Assembly: GCA_040182905.1 (NCBI GenBank)
Contig: JARQWU010000030.1
Coordinates: 1 to 63,496 of the forward strand
Source of the DNA: Barthelona sp. PAP020
Taxonomy: Eukaryota
DNA: 63,496 bases
Reading direction: 5' to 3'
The notes beneath the pieces are model-generated. The model saw nothing but the letters and a program-made list of their open reading frames with translations. It did no database searches and was not told the DNA's origin. This document shows, piece after piece, positions 54,849-63,496 of this stretch (position 1 is the stretch's first letter; each line of letters starts with the position of its first letter). Made by a program: the position numbers and the translations under genes.

Positions 54849-55333
54849 GAAAATACTTTCAAAGAGCATTATTTTTTTTTTGTTGCATGTTTAAATGTGT
54901 TTATTTGTCTTGTTTGGATGTTAATCAATAATAAAGATTTAGTACACTTTTTTAACTTTTTTTTTGTGATATACTGTGTTGTTATATTACTTTTGATTGT
55001 TTTAACCAAAAAAAGAACATATATATGATATAAAATGAGGAGTAAGGTCTTTTGGTTATAAAATTTTAAATTTTGTTTGATTGTGAAGACCGTTTGGAGT
55101 TCCCAAAGATAAGCCGAATTATTCAGCAAAAATTAACTTTGATCTTTACTCATTTTAGGTTGGCAAGCTTTCTTAAAAAGAATATCTTAGTTTTAAGTCT
55201 TTAATTTCAAAAAATTAAAATGAATATTATTCACATTCTAAATTGTGATGGATGTAGATGTTTGAATTTTTGGATTTAAAAAAAAATTGAAGATTTTTGT
55301 TTTTTGCAAGTAATTTATTATTTATGATTTATT

Positions 55334-56547
55334 ATGTCTTCTGAGTCAAATTATGAATTAATAGAAAGAACTATTAATGATATGTTTTATCCAAAACTTG
55401 ATGAAAGCAAAGTGAAAAAAGTTGGAGATGCTTTCTGAGCCCATGATGAATATTGAGTACTCACCAGATTGTAAATATTTGATTGTTGCTAGTTATTTCA
55501 ATAGTACTCATGTAATTGATGTTGAAACTGGAACACTGAATCACATTTTTGAAGATAATACGAGTGGTGTTAACATTATTACCTTCTCACTAGACAGACA
55601 AAAATTTGCAACATGTTCCATTGATAAGTCTTTTATTGTGTGGAGCCTTTAAGATTTTTCTATTTTGCGCGTATTGAGCAATAATTCATTTTTTTTTGGA
55701 ATTTGTTTTTCCTATTGTTCTAACTATGTGTTTTCTAGTGATAATGATGGGAACCTTACGAAATGGGATATATATGAAGGTAATGTTGTTTTGGAAAAAA
55801 AACCACATTCCAGTTTGATTTTTTGGGTAAAATTTTCGTCACATGGGAAGAATCTTTTGTGTGACAGTAATGATAAAACTACTAAGTTGGTTGACCCTGA
55901 TAATCTCTCTGTTTTTCGTGGTTCAATCAAGGTGCTTGGATTAAAGTCTTGGATTTTCATCCAACCAAAAGAATAATTGCTGTTGGTGATGTGTCAAAGA
56001 AATTCACACTTTGGAACATGGATGATGGATCACAAATTCTTACATTTGATATGGGAGGTTCAGTGTATGACCTTCATTTTCTTACACCAAACATCATACT
56101 TATTATGTTTGATGATGGATACATTTCGTCATACAGTCTGAGTAGCTTTCAGCAAATTCAAAAGGTTCACTGTGATTGCGATGAGTACATATTTTCATTT
56201 GCTGTGTCACCTGAATCGAGACAACTGGCATGTGCAAAGTGTGAAGGTGATAATATCAAGGTTTCCCAATTGAAACTAGCTATTAGCCGTCTCGTCAGTC
56301 TGAACTCATTAAATTGTCAAAAAACGGTGGTTTTGTTAATGGAATCTCATGTCTCCGAATATAATTACTCTAATCATTAGACAATTGGCAGCTACAGGTA
56401 TTTGTATGAATGAAGAGGACCATTAACACTTGCTGGGATTTGACTTATATCAACGAAACGAATGGTAGTAATATGCAAATGTTTCTTAATGAACAGAGGG
56501 ATGAAAGTGATAATAATAATGATGATGATGAAAATTTGCTAAAATGA
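55334..56547 (+). pseudogene. WD40-repeat gene of the 'WDLxDINE' family, frameshifted
   Basis: ATG at 55334, then WD40 fragments in different frames. The tail translates as ELIKLSKNGG...IIRQLAATGICMNEED...TCWDLTYINETNGSNMQMFLNE plus D/N. Collinear with the 427-1640 pseudogene. Confidence 0.85.
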
Positions 56548-57049
56548 GCGAAGGATTTAAATCATCATTTTAGGGGTTTTTGTTCATTTTTTGAACCAAC
56601 AACCGTTGTTTTTCATTCTTAACTAATTATATGATCAACTTTTTCCATTCTTATTTACTTTTGCTTGGTATCCAGATTCCAGTAATTCTTTTTACAACGA
56701 AATGCCATCAATTATGACAACTTTGATGATTTCGTTAATCTTTTCATCGAGAAGTATGATTTGAAATTTTTATTGATGACTGAAGCAAATCCGACTGTGT
56801 ATTTTAAGTTGTTCTCTTTAACGAAATGATGTTTTGTCTTTGTGATTGCTTTGTTTGCAATGTAAATTGTGTTGTGTTTTTTTTTCTTTGACATTTTCCA
56901 CTATGTTTCAAGCATGAAACTACAGCTAGTGTTGACAAGAAATAATTAGCTAATCTGGGTTTCAGGGGCATGCTAATTTTGAGTTTCTATCCTACAGATA
57001 CATCCAACAAAAAAACAAAAACACACATTTATTGAATTAATTTTGCAAA

Positions 57050-58075
57050 TCAATATTTCCTATCAACAAATTGTTTGAATTGATCAATCAAAAAATTAGA
57101 AAATTCAAAACTTTCAATCTCCTCACAAAATTGATTCCACATTTCATCTTTGGTTTCTTCAAACAAACTTGGAATGTTGCACTTTTCAAAAGTATCTTTT
57201 ACAATTTTTACACACTCATCATCATCCTTCCCATAATTTTCACATAAAACTTCCATTTCACTTCCAAGTTCTTCAATACTGAAGCATTTACAAATTAACC
57301 AACTGCCTTTTCCTTCCTTAATATCATTACCAGTCTTGCCAATATCTTTTCCAAAGACATCTAAATAATCATCAACGATTTGGAATAAACAACCAATGTC
57401 AAGCACGATTCTTTCCATTTTTTCATCGAAATTCTTGTTGCTCAAAAAATATGCCAATTTTAAAGGTAAAACACAAGTATAATATGCAGTTTTTTTAAGA
57501 ATAATATCCATATAAGACTCCATTTGACAAAAATCTGGATCAATTTCCCCATCAACCATTTGATTCTTTCCAAAAATTAAATCCATTTCTTGTCCAAGCT
57601 TAGTGAACATGGAAACTTCTTGAAAAATATCAAAAATATTGAAATACTGTTCTCTGTTGAAGTTTCTTTTGGTGATTTGATAGATCAGGTTCTCTAAAAT
57701 ACATGCATCATTAATTGCAATATCTTTAACCTCTCCTTTTTTATACCAGCAAACTTGATTTCTTCTAGAAGTAGATTGATCCATGATATCATCCAAAATT
57801 AAAAAAAAAGCTTGCAACAATTCAATACACCATGCCAATAAAAATATTGATTTCTGATCCTCCTTTTCATAATTAAGAGTTATTGCAGTGAATTTTTCAT
57901 ATGTATTCAAAAAAAGTAAAGATCTAAGACATTTTCCAGCATTTCTAACATTATAATGGACGCATTCAATGATCCAATCAAGTACTTCAATATTGGTATT
58001 CTTTTCTTCCAAAATTTCACGAATTTCATCCTCTAAGAGATAAAAAGAATCAACAAATGTTTCAAGATTGAGCAT
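57050..58075 (-). CDS. FDPS: Farnesyl-diphosphate synthase (trans-prenyltransferase)
   Basis: GKCLR, LLQAFFLILDDIMD (FARM), RRNQVCWY, GQEMD, KTAYY, FQIVDDYLD (SARM) and GKTGNDIKEGK. Confidence 0.93.
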   Translation of the reverse strand: MLNLETFVDSFYLLEDEIREILEEKNTNIEVLDWIIECVHYNVRNAGKCLRSLLFLNTYEKFTAITLNYEKEDQKSIFLLAWCIELLQAFFLILDDIMDQSTSRRNQVCWYKKGEVKDIAINDACILENLIYQITKRNFNREQYFNIFDIFQEVSMFTKLGQEMDLIFGKNQMVDGEIDPDFCQMESYMDIILKKTAYYTCVLPLKLAYFLSNKNFDEKMERIVLDIGCLFQIVDDYLDVFGKDIGKTGNDIKEGKGSWLICKCFSIEELGSEMEVLCENYGKDDDECVKIVKDTFEKCNIPSLFEETKDEMWNQFCEEIESFEFSNFLIDQFKQFVDRKY

Positions 58076-58526
58076 TACACGGAAAAATAAAGTCAAAAAG
58101 AAAATAATAAATTTAATCTATCAAATATGTTTTCATTTACATTTATAGATGCCTTGATTATAAGAGTGGGTAAAGATAATCATGGACATTGACAGGGTTT
58201 CCATTATGGGAAGTGGTTGGAAAATTGTTTTGGAGAAGAATCTGCAAGTTTCATTTTCTGCTCTTTACAGGAAGCTTTCATTTTAATATTGCCTTTTTTT
58301 TAATTTAAGAAGGCTCCCCTCGACATCAACAGCACTCAAAACAAATCATCCGCTCAATAAAGCCCCAATGGAAACAAAGGCTTTGAAATAATAAAATATT
58401 ATCATTAATGAAAATGCTGTATTCTAAATTCAAATAAAAAAATAAATATTTATGTGCAATAGAAATAACAAACATATCAAAAAGAATAAAAACAAGAGTA
58501 ATTATCGTGATTAAAAAATAAAAGAA

Positions 58527-59567
58527 TTATACATCGCTATTTGACCTTTGTCTGCCAATGGCCTTTAATTCTGCCAAAGAATTAGAAAAAGAACTGCTGG
58601 GTTTTCTTCTGTTTTCAAAAGAGCCAGGAGAATATGAGGAACACTGATTTTTCTTTTTTTGAGAATGATTGTTCCTTCCCATTGGTTTATTTTTCAAATC
58701 ATTGGGTTTAGTTGAACTCAAATCCATAATTGGTTCACTCATAAATACATTTCCATCAACTCCTTTGTGCTTTAACTTGATGACGGGATTTCCATCAACA
58801 ACCTTTCGCAAGTGAAGAAGGTTGACTTTATCAGCAAAATTATGTACAAAATCATCAAGTGCTGGACTCAAATCATGTAGTTCGATGGGCCTTCCCTTGG
58901 GGTTTGCAGCTAAATTCAAAATTTTTTCAATTACACTCCTCTGTTCAATCTTTGACACACCAGGAATTGTATCAGCCATATAAGGTCGACTAATTTCAAC
59001 AAATTGATCAGGTATAGTTGATACTTTTGTTTGAGCCCGATTCCCAGAACCAGCCAGTGGTGATCTGGCAAGTGGAGACATCGTCAGCGATTGAACAAGG
59101 CTTTTTGGTGGCTTTTTGTTTAAACGTCCAAAAGCAGTCGTAAGAGAATCAGCCAATGTGGATTCCGCTTTTTGTTTCGGTACCTCTTGTTTGTTAAAAG
59201 AAGGAGACTTTGTTGATCCATTCAAAGGTGGCTTGGAACCTTTCAATATTTCAGCCATTGAACCCTTAAATACAGGCTTTTCTTTCAGTTGATTTTGTTG
59301 TTTTTCATCAAAAGAACCTTTATTTTCTGAGTTTAAAGCCTTATTACTAAAAATTGCAGTTTTTTCAACAGTTAATGCTTTATCATCTCTAGTTTCCACA
59401 TTTTTTGGTTTAAAAGGAAATTTCCAATTGGAACTTATTGGCGCTGAGTGAGCAAACTGATTGAAAGCAGTTGGCTTGTCAGATTTTTGGGAAAATTCTT
59501 CATATTTTGTATTATTATGCTGATTATCATCTTCCAAGATGTCATCAAAACTCAAATCAATGTCCAT
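58527..59567 (-). CDS. Hypothetical S/K/P-rich protein
   Basis: 346-aa ATG ORF with no recognised domain. Confidence 0.7.
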   Translation of the reverse strand: MDIDLSFDDILEDDNQHNNTKYEEFSQKSDKPTAFNQFAHSAPISSNWKFPFKPKNVETRDDKALTVEKTAIFSNKALNSENKGSFDEKQQNQLKEKPVFKGSMAEILKGSKPPLNGSTKSPSFNKQEVPKQKAESTLADSLTTAFGRLNKKPPKSLVQSLTMSPLARSPLAGSGNRAQTKVSTIPDQFVEISRPYMADTIPGVSKIEQRSVIEKILNLAANPKGRPIELHDLSPALDDFVHNFADKVNLLHLRKVVDGNPVIKLKHKGVDGNVFMSEPIMDLSSTKPNDLKNKPMGRNNHSQKKKNQCSSYSPGSFENRRKPSSSFSNSLAELKAIGRQRSNSDV

Positions 59568-59856
59568 TCGATTCTTTTTTAAAGAAAATTGGATTGATTT
59601 TTTGAGCTGAATTTCTTTTTAATTCCTCGCAGCAATTTTACTAGTTTTTTCATTCAACAACTAATTTAACAAAATATATTTCTAAAATTGTAAAATCTCA
59701 AGGATAATTAATTTTTTTTAAATTTTTTTTTATTTGTTCAATTATAAGCATTTAGTTCCTTAATAAATACCTTTTACAAGACAAAGAAAGAATTGTTTTT
59801 CAAAAACACAAAAAAAAATTTTGTCAAAATACCATTATAATTTTTCTTCATAATCA

Positions 59857-60687
59857 ATGCCTGAACTTATTGAAGTGGAATATGATTTATCAACTGGTAT
59901 TGAATGGCCTACAAATACCATAATTTCTGATGTTGGATTTGCAGAAGAAGCTAATGCTGCTTATCGTGAACAAATGGAAGATGCTCACGTTATGGGATAT
60001 ATGCCTGATGGTGAGTCTACTTTTTTTGCTGTTTATGATGGACATGGTGGTGTTGATGCTTCATTATTGGCTGAAAAGCATTTGCATAATGAATTTTTCA
60101 GAGCTTTAGCCGACAATAACACCATAAAAAATAGTTTTGAGATTGCTTTCAAGCGTGTTGATGATATTATGGAAAAAAAAGATATTCGTTACAAAGGTAC
60201 CACAGCAGTTTGTTTGTACATTCATAAAGATGCTTCCGACACCAAACGTTTGGATGTAGCGCATGTTGGTGATTCATTTGCCGTCGTTTTCTCTCAATTG
60301 GACAATAACAGAGGATATACTGCCAATAATTTGACTCCACCTCATCGTCCCAGTGATCCAGCTGAACGTACAATGATTACCCAACGTGGTGGTTACATTG
60401 TTTTTGATCGTGTTAACTCAATTTTATCTGTTACCCGAGCATTAGGAGATTTTGGTTTGAAACCACCAGTTTCTGGTGAACCTGTTCACTCTACATATGA
60501 AATAGGTCCCAATGATAAGTGGATTATTGTTGCTTGTGATGGTTTATGGGATTTTGTTGAATTTGAAGATGTTGCTGAAGTTTTAAAGCGTTGTAAAACT
60601 GCTTCTGAAGCTGCTTCAAGCCTTAAAGCTCTTGCGTTAGATAGTAGAACATCTGATAACGTTTCAGTTATTGCTTTGAAGTTATAA
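59857..60687 (+). CDS. PP2C (PPM) protein phosphatase
   Basis: MEDAH, VYDGHGG, GTTA, AHVGDS, VTRALGD, ACDGLWD and DNVSVI. Confidence 0.95.
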   Translation: MPELIEVEYDLSTGIEWPTNTIISDVGFAEEANAAYREQMEDAHVMGYMPDGESTFFAVYDGHGGVDASLLAEKHLHNEFFRALADNNTIKNSFEIAFKRVDDIMEKKDIRYKGTTAVCLYIHKDASDTKRLDVAHVGDSFAVVFSQLDNNRGYTANNLTPPHRPSDPAERTMITQRGGYIVFDRVNSILSVTRALGDFGLKPPVSGEPVHSTYEIGPNDKWIIVACDGLWDFVEFEDVAEVLKRCKTASEAASSLKALALDSRTSDNVSVIALKL

Positions 60688-60947
60688 TGAATTGTCAATT
60701 TCTGTCATTTTGTATATCAATAAATAGTTTTTTCACAATTGGTTTTTATTCATAAAACATTATAAATTGAAGGTTTATTAGTGTTTTTTTTAAGTTATCT
60801 GCTTTATGATTGATTGTTTTCAGTCTGAAAACAATCAAAGAAACTTAATAATTTTTCAAAGAATTAACTCAATTAATATTTCTTTGTGTGTTTTGCTCCT
60901 CAATAAATGTTTTTTTTTGGAAATACTTTTTTTTTGTTTTGAAAGAG

Positions 60948-61883
60948 ATGTCAAATAACAACAAACCTATTGTTGTAATTTGTGTAGGTATGGCAGGTGC
61001 TGGAAAGACTACTTTCATGCAAAGATTGAATGCCCATGTTCATGAAAATTCCATACCTTCCTATTTTATCAATCTTGATCCTGCTGTTTTAGAATTACCA
61101 TATAATTGTAATATCGATATTAGAGGTAGTGTTGATTATTCTGCTGTCATGAATGATTATCGTTTGGGTCCAAATGGTGCCATTATGACTTCTCTCAATC
61201 TCTTTGCCACAAAATTTGATCAAGTATTAGGAATTCTTAAACATAGGGCTGAAACTTCAGAGCTGAAATATATTTTCGTTGACACACCAGGTCAAATTGA
61301 AATGTTCACATGGTCTGCATCTGGTTCAATAATTACTGAATTATTGGCTTCAGAATTTCCAACTGTTATTTCTTATGTTGTTGATACACCAAGAGTTGTG
61401 TCTCCAATTACATTCATGTCTTCCATTCTTTATGCATGCTCTATTTTATATCGTTCAAAGCTACCTTTAATTCTCACTCTTAATAAATGTGATATTCAAG
61501 ATGGTGGATTCATAAGAGATTATCTCACTGATTACGATACATTGCATGAAGCTTTTGATAATGAACAATCTTATATGGCATCTTTATCCAGATCTATGGC
61601 TTTAGCTTTGGAAGAATTTTACACAACGCTGCCTTTTGTCGAATGTTCTGCTAAAACTGGTGAAGGAATGATTGAGTTCTTTGATGAACTTGATTTGCTC
61701 AGAAAAAAATATAATGAAGAATATTTATCATTTTTAGAGGATAGAAAGCAAAAAAAAGAAGAAGAAAAAGAAAAGGAAAAGCAACGGCAGTTGGAAAAGC
61801 TTGCAAATGATATACAAGGGATGCAAGAGCCGGTGAAGGAAGCATTGAAGCTACCTGAGGGCGATTTAGATTTGTTGGATTAG
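60948..61883 (+). CDS. GPN1: GPN-loop GTPase 1 (XAB1/Npa3)
   Basis: GMAGAGKTT, INLDPA, LGPNGAIMTSLNLF and DTPGQIEMFTWSASG. Confidence 0.95.
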   Translation: MSNNNKPIVVICVGMAGAGKTTFMQRLNAHVHENSIPSYFINLDPAVLELPYNCNIDIRGSVDYSAVMNDYRLGPNGAIMTSLNLFATKFDQVLGILKHRAETSELKYIFVDTPGQIEMFTWSASGSIITELLASEFPTVISYVVDTPRVVSPITFMSSILYACSILYRSKLPLILTLNKCDIQDGGFIRDYLTDYDTLHEAFDNEQSYMASLSRSMALALEEFYTTLPFVECSAKTGEGMIEFFDELDLLRKKYNEEYLSFLEDRKQKKEEEKEKEKQRQLEKLANDIQGMQEPVKEALKLPEGDLDLLD

Positions 61884-62080
61884 TCAATACATAAATATTT
61901 GTTTCACATATTATTTTTTTATAAAATATTGAAATACAAGTGTCAAAGGTAATAATACCAGAAATTGCAGAGAATTAACAGATGGGAAAAGAAGAAGATC
62001 AAACAAAAAAAAATAAAAAGTTGGAAAAATTGACAAAAAATATTTTTCTTTATTCTTTACATTAGAACGTTAGCTTAAAG

Positions 62081-62632
62081 ATGGTATGAAAATCAATTTA
62101 CTTATCTAATATTAAGTCCGATTCGAATCCTATGAGAGATATTGTCATTGAAAAACTTTGCCTCAACATTTGTGTTGGTGAAAAGGGTGATAAGGTTACA
62201 AAGGCCGCTCAAGTTTTAAAACAAATTTCCAATCAAGAAGTTGTCTTAGGTTCTGCTCGTATTACCCAAAAAGGTTGGGGTGTTCGTCGTTGTGATAAGA
62301 TTTCTGCTTATGTCACTATTCGTGGTGCTCTTGCCGAAGAAATTATGAAGAAGGGTCTCGCTGTTAAAGAATTCGAACTCCCTGCCGAAGCTTTCCATCA
62401 AGATGGTAACTTTGGTTTTGGTATTGAAGAACACATCGATCTTGGTTTACCTTATGATCCTTCTACTGGTATCTATGGTATGGATTTCATCGTTGTCCTT
62501 GCTCGTCGTGGTAAGCGTGTTCAACGCCGTAAACGTGCTCGCGCTAAAATTGGTATCCATCACAAAATCTCCGCTGATGAAGCCAAGGCCTGGTTTGTTG
62601 AAAAATTCGGTGGTCAAATCTATGGTAACTAA
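62081..62632 (+). CDS. RPL11: 60S ribosomal protein L11 (uL5); ATG-only first exon, then 62117-62632
   Basis: M-SDSNPMRDIVIEKLCLNICVGE...GNFGFGIEEHIDLG...YDPSTGIYGMDF. Confidence 0.96.
62084..62116 (+). other. 33-nt spliceosomal intron directly after the RPL11 ATG
   Basis: GTATGAAAATCAATTTACTTATCTAATATTAAG; the splice is in frame and restores the NPMR N-terminus. Confidence 0.85.
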
Positions 62633-62803
62633 TCGTTTATCTTCTCGTTTAAGTCATAAATACGGACATATGTTCTAGAATTTTATTTTGTTTTTTTATC
62701 TTTCTGTTGTCTGCTTTTTGATGGTTTTTAAGTGGATTATTTGATTTGTTTTTGGCGTCTTGGTATTTATTCCATTTTTTTTAATTGTTCTGACATGCAA
62801 TAG

Positions 62804-63175
62804 TTGATAACTAAAGCTGAAATTACAGCTTGTTTGCAGAATCAAATTCAAAAATTGAAAACCGAAGTTACAAAGATGTCAACACAAGTTTTTAGATTAA
62901 TAAACCAATCAAAAAAAATGCTTGAAAATAAAATCAAGTCAAATTGTATTGACCATTCAGAATTTTCATTTGAAACTGATGAAACAATAATGAACAATCA
63001 TTCAAGCTTGAATAAGTCGATTATATATGCAAGCAGTGCTTCTGTTGAAATTTTACTTGATTCTTCAGCAAATGAAAATTTTAAATTATTAGAGAGCTGC
63101 AAAGTTTTTATCCAATCAGACCAAATTGAAGCAAAATATGGTTTTGAAACCAAAAGAAACTTAAAGAATCATTAA
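62804..63175 (+). CDS. Possible small hypothetical protein, start uncertain
   Basis: 123-codon ORF with a non-ATG start and no recognised motif. Confidence 0.3.
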   Translation: MITKAEITACLQNQIQKLKTEVTKMSTQVFRLINQSKKMLENKIKSNCIDHSEFSFETDETIMNNHSSLNKSIIYASSASVEILLDSSANENFKLLESCKVFIQSDQIEAKYGFETKRNLKNH

Positions 63176-63496
63176 TTAGTTTATTTTTGTGCATTTGCAG
63201 ATTTATTCATTTTGTCGTTTGTAAACAAAACAATATTTTCTTTCAAGTTTTTTTTTTTCAAAGTTTACCTATCGTATTTAATAAATTAAAAGAAAAGCAA
63301 TCAAAAAATAAAAAACAATTTACAAAACAAATGTTTAAAAAATGTGAAAGTTGGAAAAGTAAAAAAAAAACAAATAAACAACTCAATGCTTTGGTAAATT
63401 CTCTTTCCACATTTTTTGCATCATATTGTACAAAGGAGTTGTCAAACCCATAAAATAGTGAGAAGAATTTGTAGATTTGAAAATTTTGGGATCAAA

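Overview
This is a gene-dense, AT-rich eukaryotic nuclear window from a flagellated protist (CFAP20, BBS4). It has very short spliceosomal introns (33-40 nt) whose branch point sits 6-7 nt from the 3' end, which suggests a metamonad-like lineage (inference). Housekeeping genes include FIP1, CFAP20, BBS4, SRP72, VPS13, NUP98-like, FPP synthase, PP2C, GPN1 and RPL11. Four accessory components stand out. (1) A bacterial-type MalY/PatB PLP enzyme lies convergent with a 3.5k-aa NRPS (Orn-type A, Ser-type A plus epimerase, TE) whose second A domain is a sharply bounded GC-rich patch. (2) An intact tyrosine-recombinase retroelement encodes gag-like, RT, RNase H and YR domains in one ORF that ends about 180 bp from a tRNA-Thr gene. 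(3) A gene family (two intact genes, two pseudogenes) fuses an unrecognised ~80-aa C-terminal domain (WDLxDINExNxGN) to either WD40 or ankyrin arrays. (4) The ankyrin member has near-identical repeats with hypervariable binding positions and is bracketed by a 155-175-bp dispersed repeat. All calls come from reading motifs by eye; no database searches were run.
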